Shown: piece after piece, positions 43,439 through 52,884 of the stretch
Numbering within the stretch: the first letter of the stretch is position 1
Layout: the number at the start of each line of letters is the position of its first letter
IMG/VR virus record: IMGVR_UViG_3300037762_000184
Coordinates: 1-64,000 of that record
Strand: one strand, 5' to 3'
From: a virus
Lineage: Duplodnaviria > Caudoviricetes
Length of the DNA: 64,000 nucleotides
Made by a program: the position numbers and the translations under genes
The notes under the pieces: model-generated
Seen by the model: the letters and a program-made list of their open reading frames with translations, nothing else
What the model was told of the DNA's origin: nothing
Database searches by the model: none

Positions 43439-43514
43439 TGCGGTTCCAATAGTACCGCATCGGTGCTTGTGCGCGCAACAAGCACCGGCCACCCTCATTT
43501 CGGGACTAGTGCGC

Positions 43515-46500
43515 GTGCCGAAAACCACAACCAACGGAAGCGGCAACGGCGCGGCCGAACCTCGCCTGCCGACCAGCCGTCTGCGCGCCATGGGCTCAGC
43601 GCTGGTGGCGCGCGCACGGCTTGCCTCACGGGCCGGGCTGAGCTTCGGCGGTAAGCGCGACTTCTACACTGCGCTCGGTTACGAGCGCGACCTCACAATT
43701 CAGCACTACCGCGAGCTATACGAACGCGGCGGTATCGCTCGAAAACTGGTCGACCTCATCCCGACCCTGGCATGGACAGCCGGCGGCGCCGACATCGTGG
43801 AAGACCCGGACCCCGGCGAGCTCACGGAATTCGAGACGCAGGCTGCCGAGCTGTTCGCGCGCGTCGACGCCTGGCCTCGCTTCCGCCGCGCGGACATCCT
43901 TTCTCGTCTCGGCCGCTACTCCGTTCTGCTGCTCGGTACGTCAGACCTTGAAACGCAGGCGGACTTCGCGCAGCCGCTGTCGAAGCTCTCCGGTCCGGAC
44001 GACATCCTCTACCTCACGCCGAGAGCCGAGAGCCACGCGAAGATCTGCTCTCTCGTCAAGAAGCCTTCCGACCCGCGCTTCGGCCTGCCTGAGTTCTACA
44101 ACGTCGATCTGGGGCACGACGAAGACAGCAAGGCGCTCCTCTCCGGAGGGACGCAGAAAACCCACTGGACGCGCGTGGTCCACATTGCCGGCGGGCTGCT
44201 CGATAACGACGTGTACGGCGAGCCGGCCCTGCGTGCGTTGTGGAACCTCCTCTTCAACCTCGAAAAGCTGCTCGGCGGCGGCTCAGAGGCGACGTGGAAG
44301 CGGATGAACCCGCTGACGCTCTTCGACCTGAGCCCCGATGCCGTACTCGGCGACACGCCCGCGGAGATCGAGGAAGCCGAAGAGGCGTTGGAGGACGAGA
44401 TCGAAGAGCTGGTGCATGGGTACCGTTCCTATGCCCAGGCCACTGGTCTCGAAGTAAAGAGCATCAGTCAGGCGGTGCCCAACTTCGGGCCGAACGCGGC
44501 GGCAATCGAACGCCATATCGCGGGCACCGGAAACATCCCCCATCGCGTCCTCTTCGGAACGGAGCGCGGCGAGCTAGCCAGCGCGCAGGACCGCTCGAAT
44601 CTCAGCGACAACGTCCAGGGCTACCGGGACAGCCACTGCAACGTGGTAGTCCGCCAGTTCCTCGCCCGCTTGATTGAATACGGCGCTCTTCCCGGGCCGG
44701 TCAAGCATGAGCTGGTATGGCCTGAGATGGAAGAGATGAGCGAGCCCGAAAAGGCCGACGTGGTCAGCAAGATGGCGACCGCGAACAAGGCCAACGTCGA
44801 CGCAGGCGGCGGCCTGATCGTCGCCGCGAACGAGTTGCGGAACGACGTACTCGGCAAAGGGCCTATCGAAGAGATCGAAAACTCCGGGGTGGCCGAGGGA
44901 GGCGGCGACGGTGGTCCCTCCTCTGCCGTCGCCGCCTCCCTCCGGGCTGCGAAGCTCAGGCTGTGCCGGAAGCGCGGGCTGGACTTCGGGCCTGACTCTC
45001 CGGCCGCGCTTGCCGGTAACGAGGAGCCAGAGTGGCGCGCAGTCCACCGTGCTGCCGACTTGCACATGGAGTCTCTGGCGCGGGCTGTCGTCGGCGCCTG
45101 GGATGACGGAGCGGCGGAGATCGACGACGGCGCCCTTGAGGACGCGCTCGCCGCCGGCAACTTCGGTGCCGCCGAAACCGTCGCGCTCGCCGGTGTCACT
45201 GCCGCCGAGCAACGTCTCGCCGAGATCCTGCCTGACCGACTACTCGCCACCCTGGTAGATGGTGGCCTCGCCGCTCTGCGGTCCGCTCGGTCGCGCGGTT
45301 CTTTCTTCCGCCGCGCCGCGGGATTCTCGGCGCAGTTCGATGCGACCAACCCGCGCGCCGTCACGTGGGCGGAGGAGCGTTCCTCGCTGCTGATCACGGA
45401 GATCGGCGTCGAAACGGTGTCGGCGATGCAGGCGCTCATCGCGCAGGGCCTCGCCGAGGGCATCCCGCCCCGGAAGCTGGCGCAGCAGATTCGGGCTGCG
45501 GTAGGGCTGCGCTCGGATCAGGTGTCGGCCGTCCAGAACCTCATCACGGAGTTGCAGGCGGCGAAGCCCGGCTCGCTGGTGACGCGCTTCCCTCCGCGGG
45601 AGGGCCTGCGTGGCTCTGCCGGCTTCAAGGCTCGCATTCCGAAGAGCGGCATCACGCAGGAGTGGTTGGACCGGCAGGCGGCGCGGTACTCGACGATGCA
45701 GCGGAACTACCGAGCCAGAACAATCGCTCGCAGTGAAACAATGAGAAGTGCGAACGAGGGTGTCCGCGAGCTTTGGAGGCAGGGCCAAGAGTCCGGTCAG
45801 CTCCCAGCGGATATCAAGCGGGTCTGGCTTCACAACACTGATCGCCACGCAGACCGGGCCGGGGTGGCGGTAGGCATTGACGAGCCTTGGCCGTGGGGAA
45901 CCGAGCCGGGCGAAGAGGTGAACTGCTTCCTACCTGGAACGGATGTCAGCGGCGCGTTCGTGGCTGGCCTAAAAACCCTCTATGCGGGGCCGGCTATCGA
46001 AGTAGCCACCCGGCAGGGTCACCGGCTGCGCCTCACGCCCAATCACCCCGTACTGACTTCGCAAGGTTGGTTGCCGGCGAAGAGTCTCCGCAAGGGCCAG
46101 CAGCTTGTCTGCTGCCTTCCGGAGGTTGATCTTCTGTCGAGCGGAGCCCTGCTCGGGGGCGAACGTCCCGCCAGCGAGGCGTTCTCTCGGCCGAGTCCAT
46201 CCGTGCCGCGAGCCGTTGGGCGACGTGGCGCAGACGACGATCAGGGACCAACCCTGATTGAGGACGTATTCGAAGCGCTTGCGTCTCAGGGCGCCTTGGC
46301 GCGCAAAGGCTGTACTGGTCTCGATCTCCACGGCGATGCGAAGTGGTCGGATGGCGAGGTCCAGATTGTAGGGGCCGAGAGGGAACTGGTGCGTTACCTT
46401 GATTCCGCCGCGTCTCAGGAGAGCAGCGAGCTCATGTTCGAGAGGGCTGGTGTGATTCGCGCGCTCGCAGTTGGTGCGAGCCCTGGCAATCCTGGCTTCC

Positions 46501-46874
46501 AGAGGGTCGACGCGCCCCCGTCTGGCTTTCCACGCGGCGCTGAGTTGGCGGCGGACAGCCTCCCCGCCCTGCGCCTTGATGGACCTCCACTTCAGCCTCT
46601 GCGCGTCGGCCCTGCCGCGTATCTGGACACCGTTAAGCCGAAAGCGCCTCTCGATACACCTGCGGCTGAGTCCCGTTTCGTCGGCGAGCTGCTTCATGGA
46701 GGCGCCGGCCTTGTAGCGTTCGATGAGGTTGTGCAGGTTCGGGATTTCTCGTTCCGCGGACACGTCTTCGATCTCCAGTCTGTGACGGGTTGGCTTTCCG
46801 CTGGCAACATTATCACAAGCAACTGTGGCTGCGCACAGGGCATCGAAGATCCCGCGCGGGCGGAGGCGGCGTGA
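43515..46874 (+). CDS. portal protein (DUF1073-type) fused to Mu gpF-like head-morphogenesis domain containing an intein
   Basis: YERGGIARKLVD.IP..AW, RFGLPEFY, IPHRVLFG; RARTIARSETMRSANEG...KRVW...PGEEVN|CGC; start uncertain. Confidence 0.88.
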   Translation: MPKTTTNGSGNGAAEPRLPTSRLRAMGSALVARARLASRAGLSFGGKRDFYTALGYERDLTIQHYRELYERGGIARKLVDLIPTLAWTAGGADIVEDPDPGELTEFETQAAELFARVDAWPRFRRADILSRLGRYSVLLLGTSDLETQADFAQPLSKLSGPDDILYLTPRAESHAKICSLVKKPSDPRFGLPEFYNVDLGHDEDSKALLSGGTQKTHWTRVVHIAGGLLDNDVYGEPALRALWNLLFNLEKLLGGGSEATWKRMNPLTLFDLSPDAVLGDTPAEIEEAEEALEDEIEELVHGYRSYAQATGLEVKSISQAVPNFGPNAAAIERHIAGTGNIPHRVLFGTERGELASAQDRSNLSDNVQGYRDSHCNVVVRQFLARLIEYGALPGPVKHELVWPEMEEMSEPEKADVVSKMATANKANVDAGGGLIVAANELRNDVLGKGPIEEIENSGVAEGGGDGGPSSAVAASLRAAKLRLCRKRGLDFGPDSPAALAGNEEPEWRAVHRAADLHMESLARAVVGAWDDGAAEIDDGALEDALAAGNFGAAETVALAGVTAAEQRLAEILPDRLLATLVDGGLAALRSARSRGSFFRRAAGFSAQFDATNPRAVTWAEERSSLLITEIGVETVSAMQALIAQGLAEGIPPRKLAQQIRAAVGLRSDQVSAVQNLITELQAAKPGSLVTRFPPREGLRGSAGFKARIPKSGITQEWLDRQAARYSTMQRNYRARTIARSETMRSANEGVRELWRQGQESGQLPADIKRVWLHNTDRHADRAGVAVGIDEPWPWGTEPGEEVNCFLPGTDVSGAFVAGLKTLYAGPAIEVATRQGHRLRLTPNHPVLTSQGWLPAKSLRKGQQLVCCLPEVDLLSSGALLGGERPASEAFSRPSPSVPRAVGRRGADDDQGPTLIEDVFEALASQGALARKGCTGLDLHGDAKWSDGEVQIVGAERELVRYLDSAASQESSELMFERAGVIRALAVGASPGNPGFQRVDAPPSGFPRGAELAADSLPALRLDGPPLQPLRVGPAAYLDTVKPKAPLDTPAAESRFVGELLHGGAGLVAFDEVVQVRDFSFRGHVFDLQSVTGWLSAGNIITSNCGCAQGIEDPARAEAA
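45924..46823 (+). mobile_element. 300-aa intein in head-morphogenesis domain
   Basis: block A CFLPGT, block B LRLTPNHPVLT..GW, block F RGHVFDLQS, block G IITSN followed by Cys; splicing restores PGEEVNCGC. Confidence 0.92.
45969..46763 (-). CDS. HTH + DUF559/Vsr-like endonuclease encoded antisense within the intein
   Basis: HTH GASMKQLADETGLSRRCIERRF; SPLEHELA...QFPLGPYNLDLAI..RIAVEIE...GW; GGAG SD 9 nt upstream of GTG. Confidence 0.85.
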   Translation of the reverse strand: MSAEREIPNLHNLIERYKAGASMKQLADETGLSRRCIERRFRLNGVQIRGRADAQRLKWRSIKAQGGEAVRRQLSAAWKARRGRVDPLEARIARARTNCERANHTSPLEHELAALLRRGGIKVTHQFPLGPYNLDLAIRPLRIAVEIETSTAFARQGALRRKRFEYVLNQGWSLIVVCATSPNGSRHGWTRPRERLAGGTFAPEQGSARQKINLRKAADKLLALAETLRRQPTLRSQYGVIGREAQPVTLPGGYFDSRPRIEGF

Positions 46875-48547
46875 CCACTCCCCGCTTCACCATCCTCGCC
46901 GCGCAGGTCAACCCGGCGCAGATCCATACGGCGAGAGCCGAAGACCGCGACTACCTGGTTCTGCCGGTCGTCGCGCTGGTCGGCGACTCCGTGGTTCGTC
47001 CTCTCAACTCTGACGGTCCGGAGTTCGTGCCGCTTCGCGAGCTTGCCGTGGCTCCCGGTCAGTGGGCTGGGCGCCCGATCGTCGCCGATCATCCGGCCGG
47101 CGGAACCGGCTCCGCCAACGACCCAAAGGTGTTGGAGGCGCAGCGCTACGGCTGGGTTTACTGCTCGGATATTCAGAACGGGAAGCTCTGCGCCGAGGGC
47201 TGGCTCGACCCCGAGCGCGCCGAAAAGATCGGTGGCGATGCCGTCCGCGTCGTCGATGTCGCCCGTCGAGCGATGGCTGGCGAGGAGGTCGACCCGGTCG
47301 AGGTGTCGGTCGGCTGCTGGGTGACGCTGATCCGCGAAGACGGCGTCTCGCCCAGCGGCGTGCCCTATGAGTACCGATGGACAGGCGTCGCCAGCGATCA
47401 CCTTGCCGTCGGCCTGAACGGGGCCACAGGGGCATGCAGCGTCGACTCAGGGTGCGGAGCGCCAAGAGCGGCGCAAGCCCTTGAGGCGGCCGCACTTTCC
47501 GGCGAGAACGCCACGAGCCCGCAGCCCCCGATCCAGATCAACGAACCGAAGGCGGTGCTCCGCGCTGCCGAGCAGGAGAAAAACACGATGAAGCTTCCGA
47601 AGCGAATCCTCGACGCGCTGGCCGCGACGCTGGGTTTCCGAGCCTCAGCCGAGGACGAAGGCCCATCCGATGTCGACCTCCGCGACGCCCTGTACGCAGC
47701 TCTTCGCGCCATCGAGGCGGGTTTTGACTGGATTGCGGAGGTCTATCCGGACAGCTCGACCGTGATCTACACCACGTTTCCGGAGGACGCGATGCTCTGG
47801 TGGCGCCGGAGCTACGCCGTGGCCGAGGACGGGACGGTGACGCTCGCCGACGACCGCGAACAGGTCGAGCCGGTGACGCGGTACGAGCCGCTCGCCGCGA
47901 AGACGGACGGCGACCCTGAGCCCGAGCAGAAGCCTACCAATCACCCCGCGACCGCGAAGGCGGCTTGCGGATGTCCGACGAAGGGCGAAGGGCTTGCCGC
48001 CCCCGCCCCGAAACAGAGCGAAGGAGTGACCATGGAGAAGGTCAAGGAACTGGTGGGGCGGCTGATCGCCAACGAGGCGAGCCCCTTCACTGACGAGGAC
48101 CAGGCGGGGCTGGAGGCGCTCAGCGAGGCGAAGCTGGAGGCTCTCGACGCAGCGCTCCAGCCGGGCGAGTCCGCACCCGAGCCGGAGCCGGCACCCGCGC
48201 CGACGCCGGTGGCCGAAGAGCCGGCCGACGACGACGACACCGTCAAGCTCTCGCGAGAGGAGTACGACGACATCAAGGCGTCCGCCGCAGCCTACAAGGC
48301 GCAGCAGGCCGCGATGAAGGCGAAGCTCGTGGCCCAGCTCAAGGGCGCGCAGGACGCCTACAGCGAGGCCGAACTGGCGGCGATGCCCATCTTCGCGCTG
48401 GAGAAGGTCGCCAAGCTGGCGAAGGTCGAGCCGGCGCCTCAGCCGAGCTATGCCGGGCGTGGTCTGGCGAGCGACGAAACCGACAACCGCGTCCCGCCGC
48501 CGCCCGACTTCGGCGAGGCCGTCCGCGCTCTCCGTAGCGTGGCGTAA
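46871..48547 (+). CDS. prohead protease/scaffold (DUF2213-like)
   Basis: W.GRPIVADHP, EVSVG, DHLAV...GACS; acidic scaffold C-terminus; position between portal and capsid. Confidence 0.85.
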   Translation: MTTPRFTILAAQVNPAQIHTARAEDRDYLVLPVVALVGDSVVRPLNSDGPEFVPLRELAVAPGQWAGRPIVADHPAGGTGSANDPKVLEAQRYGWVYCSDIQNGKLCAEGWLDPERAEKIGGDAVRVVDVARRAMAGEEVDPVEVSVGCWVTLIREDGVSPSGVPYEYRWTGVASDHLAVGLNGATGACSVDSGCGAPRAAQALEAAALSGENATSPQPPIQINEPKAVLRAAEQEKNTMKLPKRILDALAATLGFRASAEDEGPSDVDLRDALYAALRAIEAGFDWIAEVYPDSSTVIYTTFPEDAMLWWRRSYAVAEDGTVTLADDREQVEPVTRYEPLAAKTDGDPEPEQKPTNHPATAKAACGCPTKGEGLAAPAPKQSEGVTMEKVKELVGRLIANEASPFTDEDQAGLEALSEAKLEALDAALQPGESAPEPEPAPAPTPVAEEPADDDDTVKLSREEYDDIKASAAAYKAQQAAMKAKLVAQLKGAQDAYSEAELAAMPIFALEKVAKLAKVEPAPQPSYAGRGLASDETDNRVPPPPDFGEAVRALRSVA

Positions 48548-48562
48548 GGGAGGACACAGAAC

Positions 48563-48973
48563 ATGGCAAGCAAGGTCATCGCACTGCGGGGCGAGCCGAT
48601 CATCGACGAGCAGCACACGGCGTCGGAAGCGATCACCCCGGGACACCTGATCGAACTCAACGCCGGGCAGTGGCGCAAGCACGCCGGTTCCGGTGCCGCG
48701 GCTGCGGCCGTCTTCGCGATGGAACGCGACGAGATCGGCAATGGCATCGACGTCGCCTACGCCGCCGGCGATCACGTCAAGGCCGGTTACTTCGCGAAGG
48801 GCGACCGCGTGAACGCTCTCATCCCCTCCGGTCAGGACGTCGACGACGGCGCCGAGATCGAGTCAGATGGCGCCGGACGTCTCAAGGCCGGAACCACGAA
48901 GCCAGTGGCCCGCGCAGCAGCCGACAGCGGCGCCGTCACCGCCGACACCCGTCTCCCGGTGATCATCGTCTAG
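48563..48973 (+). CDS. head decoration protein
   Basis: EAITPGHLIE...YAAGDHV; precedes MCP; GGAGG SD. Confidence 0.8.
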   Translation: MASKVIALRGEPIIDEQHTASEAITPGHLIELNAGQWRKHAGSGAAAAAVFAMERDEIGNGIDVAYAAGDHVKAGYFAKGDRVNALIPSGQDVDDGAEIESDGAGRLKAGTTKPVARAAADSGAVTADTRLPVIIV

Positions 48974-49004
48974 GCGCCCGCCTAGCCAAGGAAAGGAAAC
49001 AGAA

Positions 49005-50027
49005 ATGGCAAACGAACAGGGCGGCGCCCGGGTCGATACCGGCAAGACCGTATTCAAGTCCGCTGGGCGGTGGGCGGGTGAGCGACTGCTCGCCGCGCAC
49101 CAGGCCGGCCGATCGATCAGCCCCAGCGAGCTTCGTACGCTCGCCACTCTCCCGCGCGACTCGTGGAAGGCCATCGACGAGGCCGTGGTCCGTGAAGGCG
49201 TCATCCGGGCGCCACTGGTCGGCGATTTGATCGCGGCCGGCCTCACCATCCCGATCGCGAACGCGATGGGACGGACGATGTTCAGCTTCGAGCTGACGAG
49301 CGACATGGACCCGGCCGTGGTTTCGCTCGACGGTCGGGCACGCGGCGACAACGACGCAGTCGACTTCATCGAGGGCAACGTCCCCCTGCCGCTGACGCAC
49401 AAGGATTTCAACATCCCGCTGCGTAAGCTGGAGGCGTCGCGTCTCGGCGGCCAGCCGCTCGACACGACGCAGGCAGAAACCGCGTCCCGCCTCGTCATGG
49501 AGAAGGTCGAGGAGATGACGATCGTCGGCGGTCCGACCTTCGGCGGTGTGCCGATCTACGGGCTGCTGAACCATCCCAGCCGGAGCAGCGGCGACTTCGG
49601 CGCCAACGGCAACTGGCTCCAGACCGCGAAGACCGGGGCGAACATCTTCAAGGATGTTTCAACGGCGATCTCGGCGCTCCGTGCGTCCCGACGCTACGGT
49701 CCTTACTGGATGATCATCCCGGGCGACTACGGCGCTGTCATCGACGACGACTACAAGGCGCAGGGCGACCGTACGATCCGGGATCGGCTGCTCCAGATCG
49801 AGGGCATGACGAAGATCCTGGTGTCCGACCAGATGCCGGCGAACAACGTCGTGATCTTCGAAGCCAGCAAGGAGGTGGTCGCCATCGCGAACGGCGAGCA
49901 GGTGCAGACCGTTCAGTGGGAGATCGAGGCGTTCGAGGTCGGCATGAAGGTGTTCGCTATCCAGGTGCCGGTCATCCGCGCGACGCACGCCGGCCGCAGC
50001 GGCATCTATCACATGGTGGCGCCGTAA
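49005..50027 (+). CDS. major capsid protein (HK97 fold, encapsulin/linocin-like family)
   Basis: VPLPLTHKDFNIPLRKL...PLD..QAE.A.R.V.E..E; G..IYGLLNHP. Confidence 0.88.
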   Translation: MANEQGGARVDTGKTVFKSAGRWAGERLLAAHQAGRSISPSELRTLATLPRDSWKAIDEAVVREGVIRAPLVGDLIAAGLTIPIANAMGRTMFSFELTSDMDPAVVSLDGRARGDNDAVDFIEGNVPLPLTHKDFNIPLRKLEASRLGGQPLDTTQAETASRLVMEKVEEMTIVGGPTFGGVPIYGLLNHPSRSSGDFGANGNWLQTAKTGANIFKDVSTAISALRASRRYGPYWMIIPGDYGAVIDDDYKAQGDRTIRDRLLQIEGMTKILVSDQMPANNVVIFEASKEVVAIANGEQVQTVQWEIEAFEVGMKVFAIQVPVIRATHAGRSGIYHMVAP

Positions 50028-50039
50028 CCCGGCGCTTTT
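50019..50039 (+). terminator. Rho-independent terminator after MCP
   Basis: GCGCCG-TAACC-CGGCGC-TTTT. Confidence 0.6.
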
Positions 50040-50056
50040 GGATAGGGGGGGGTCTG

Positions 50057-50443
50057 ATGCCGAGGTATCGACTCAAGCCGGGATTTCAGCACTACTCGGG
50101 TGGCGCGCTGCTGGCGGAAGGCAGCATCGTCGAGATGAGCCCGGAGGGCGCTGCGGCGCTGTCGGATCGATTCGAGTTGGTCAGCGGCGGTGCGCCACCG
50201 CCTCCCGAACCGGAGACGGTGTTCCGCACGATGCCGGCGGCACCCGCTGCGCCGCCGGTTACGTCGCCGGCCGGGGAGCCGCTGGGAGACCTTCATTGGG
50301 CGAAGGCGGCCGCTCAGGTGTCTTCGCTCGATTCCGTGGCCGCTCTCGACGCCGCGGAAGCGGAAGAGAGGGCCGGCAAGGCGCGCAAGGGGGTGCTGGA
50401 TGCCATCGAAGCGCGCCGGGCGGAGTTGGAGGCCGGCGAGTAG
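50057..50443 (+). CDS. virion-associated hypothetical protein
   Basis: C-terminal AAEAEERAGKARKGVLDAI motif; follows MCP. Confidence 0.7.
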   Translation: MPRYRLKPGFQHYSGGALLAEGSIVEMSPEGAAALSDRFELVSGGAPPPPEPETVFRTMPAAPAAPPVTSPAGEPLGDLHWAKAAAQVSSLDSVAALDAAEAEERAGKARKGVLDAIEARRAELEAGE

Positions 50444-50446
50444 AGC

Positions 50447-51022
50447 ATGAGCGTCGTCATTGTCCATGAGGCGGGATCGCCCACGGCGAATTCCTACAAT
50501 AGCGAGGCGGGGCTGGCAGCCTATATGGCGACCCGTCTCCCTTTGGTCCCGCCGTGGTCCGCTGCCGCCGATCCGACGGCAGTCATGGTGATGGCGACGC
50601 GCCTGCTCGATTCGATGGCGGTGGCGCGCAGGGTGTTGCGCTTCGACCGAGCCGCGCCCTACTACGTGACGAGTAGGTCGCTGACCGGGACTATAGCGAC
50701 CGATACTCAGGCGCTCGCTTTCCCGCGGGTTGGGATGTACGACCGCCTTGGCCGTCTGATCCCCAGCAACGTTATTCCCGTCGAGCTCAGGGAGGCCCAT
50801 GCAGAGCTTTCGGGCCAACTACTCGCTGCCGATCGCACGCTCGACAACGCCGCCGATGCAGCCGGCATTGAGGCTGTAAAGGCCGGCAGCGTCGAGGTGA
50901 AATTCCGCGCCTACATCGAAGCTCGCGTGCTCCCGGATGCGGTTTGGGCGCTGATGCCGGACAGTTGGTTCACGCCGGAAATCTACTCACCAGCTCGCCA
51001 GGCGACGTTCAGGGCGCTATGA
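50447..51022 (+). CDS. head-tail adaptor (DnaT-like type)
   Basis: ANSYNS...QALAFPR...IPVELREAHAELS...KAGSVEV.F. Confidence 0.8.
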   Translation: MSVVIVHEAGSPTANSYNSEAGLAAYMATRLPLVPPWSAAADPTAVMVMATRLLDSMAVARRVLRFDRAAPYYVTSRSLTGTIATDTQALAFPRVGMYDRLGRLIPSNVIPVELREAHAELSGQLLAADRTLDNAADAAGIEAVKAGSVEVKFRAYIEARVLPDAVWALMPDSWFTPEIYSPARQATFRAL

Positions 51023-51753
51023 GAAACGGAGTCGCAGTGTACGCGCTATGCGAGCCGGTGACCGGTGAAGTCCGCTACATCGGATACAGCCAAGACCCCG
51101 CAGAGCGGCACGGGAAACACCTCCGTGACAGATCGAAGACTTACAAGTGCCACTGGATTAAAAAGCTGCTGCGCAGCGGGTTAGCTCCACAGTTGAGGGT
51201 CATGTGTGTTGTGGAGGACGCAGCAGAGGCGAAGAGGGTTGAGGTGGCACTGATCGCCATGCATCGGCGGCGCGGGGCGAGGCTGACTAACGGCACGTCT
51301 GGCGGCGATGGGTTGGTCGAACCAACGGCGGAAGTTCGCGCGAAGATGAGCGCGGCCCAGATGGGAAATTCGAAGTGCTTGGGATTTAAGCACTCAGAGG
51401 AAACCAGGGCCAAGCTGCGCGGGAACCAGAACGCCGCTGGACATGTCCACACTGGGGAGTGGAAGGCTCGCATCAGCGCCAAACTCAAAGGTCGCGGGTT
51501 GGGCGTCAAGGCCTCGGACGAGACCAGGAGGAAGCTGAGCGAGTCGCATCTCGGAAAAATCCCCTGGAACAAAGGGAAGCTGGGAACGCTCGGCGCTCCA
51601 TGCGCTCCCGACTGCACCTGTGGCCGGCACCGCGTTGCCTGGAACAAAGGCATGAAGCGGAGCGGAACCCCGTGCCCGCCCGGGTGCTCCTGTGGCAAGC
51701 ATAAGGATGCCTGGAACAAAGGGCACCGAGGAGGGGTGAAATGTCCCTCTTGA
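51019..51753 (+). CDS. free-standing GIY-YIG homing endonuclease with NUMOD3 repeats
   Basis: VYAL......RYIG.S..P..R...H; HSEETRAKL, SDETRRKLSESHLGKIPWNKG. Confidence 0.9.
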   Translation: MRNGVAVYALCEPVTGEVRYIGYSQDPAERHGKHLRDRSKTYKCHWIKKLLRSGLAPQLRVMCVVEDAAEAKRVEVALIAMHRRRGARLTNGTSGGDGLVEPTAEVRAKMSAAQMGNSKCLGFKHSEETRAKLRGNQNAAGHVHTGEWKARISAKLKGRGLGVKASDETRRKLSESHLGKIPWNKGKLGTLGAPCAPDCTCGRHRVAWNKGMKRSGTPCPPGCSCGKHKDAWNKGHRGGVKCPS

Positions 51754-52124
51754 ATGTCGTGCGCTCGGCAGTGAAAACGGCTGATCTTGCGACTCGACCC
51801 TTGCAGGCCACGGTCTCCTACCAGCGGTACACCGGACAGGATGCATTTGGTGACCCCTCCTTCGCCGCGTCCGTCTCGCTGCTGGCGATCGTGGACTGGC
51901 GCGCGCGGCAGCGCCGCACAGCAACGGGCGTGTTGACCGTCAGCCGGGCGATGGTCACCTTTCTGGACGCTTCTGCGCTGGCCGCCGCAACCGCCGGCAA
52001 CGGTATCGACGACAAGGACGTGCTGACGCTTCCCGATGGGACCACCGGCCCGATTTTGGACCTCGGCGGCTTCGTGGACGCGGGGACCGGGCTGCCGATC
52101 GCCACTGAGGCGTTCCTAGGCTAA
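51741..52124 (+). CDS. head-closure/head-tail joining protein
   Basis: position; YTGQDAFGDP...D.LTLPDG. Confidence 0.7.
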   Translation: MSLLNVVRSAVKTADLATRPLQATVSYQRYTGQDAFGDPSFAASVSLLAIVDWRARQRRTATGVLTVSRAMVTFLDASALAAATAGNGIDDKDVLTLPDGTTGPILDLGGFVDAGTGLPIATEAFLG

Positions 52125-52131
52125 CTCTAAA

Positions 52132-52884
52132 ATGCTGCCACCTAACACTGCCGCCGTCGAGAAAGCCAAGTATCAGCACGCGCGGGCCGAGGCGCGGCCG
52201 GCGGTCCTGATGTCGGCATGGAGGGCGGAACGGTGGATTCTTGCCGCTGTTGCCTCCGTGCGCCGTCAGGCGGTGCCCGTGGACCTCAGGGTCGGTGTGG
52301 ACGGGTGTGAGCGCACTGCGGAGGCTCTGCGGGCCGCGGGTGAGCCGTTCTACTGGAGCCCCGAGAACGTCGGCCCCTACCTCGTCCGCAACTCTCTGGC
52401 GGCTGTCGCGCCGGCTTCGCACTTCCTCATCTTCGACGCCGACGACGTGATGGACCCGGACTACGTCCAGCGCCTGACCGAGGTGGCGGGTGACGACGGA
52501 CTCGCCGGGTGCGGTCGCCGGCTGTGGCGCGACGAAGACGGGCCGATCCCTGCCGATCCCTCTGGCCTACGTACCGCGCCCTTCGACACCGGGCGGCCGA
52601 CGATCTCGGCTGCGGCATGGAAGCGCCTCGGCGGCTTCGGGGACTATCGGGTCAGCGGTGACACGGACCTGTGGTGGAGGGCTCGTGACATGGGCCTGCC
52701 GCTGCGGGTGCTCAAGAGTGCTCACCTGACGGCGAGGCTACACCCCGGCTCGCAGATGGCCGACCCGGAGACGTGCCTGACCTCCCCGCTGCGATCGGCT
52801 GCCTTCGCGGAGATCTTCGAGGGCCTCGTCGCTGGCCGGCTGGTGGTCGAGCCGGCGACTGTCCCGCTCGAGGAGGCGGCATGA
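52132..52884 (+). CDS. GT2-family glycosyltransferase
   Basis: VGVDGC, YLVRN, FLIFDADD DxD motif, GDTDL. Confidence 0.85.
   Translation: MLPPNTAAVEKAKYQHARAEARPAVLMSAWRAERWILAAVASVRRQAVPVDLRVGVDGCERTAEALRAAGEPFYWSPENVGPYLVRNSLAAVAPASHFLIFDADDVMDPDYVQRLTEVAGDDGLAGCGRRLWRDEDGPIPADPSGLRTAPFDTGRPTISAAAWKRLGGFGDYRVSGDTDLWWRARDMGLPLRVLKSAHLTARLHPGSQMADPETCLTSPLRSAAFAEIFEGLVAGRLVVEPATVPLEEAA

Noticed and set aside
50045-50052. G8 tract as a phase-variation switch
   Set aside because: Intergenic, after the MCP terminator and serving as the SD region; no frame is affected and there is no evidence of length variation.
51019-51753. Group I intron around the GIY-YIG gene
   Set aside because: Both flanking genes look complete and overlap the nuclease ORF, leaving no room for intron core sequence.
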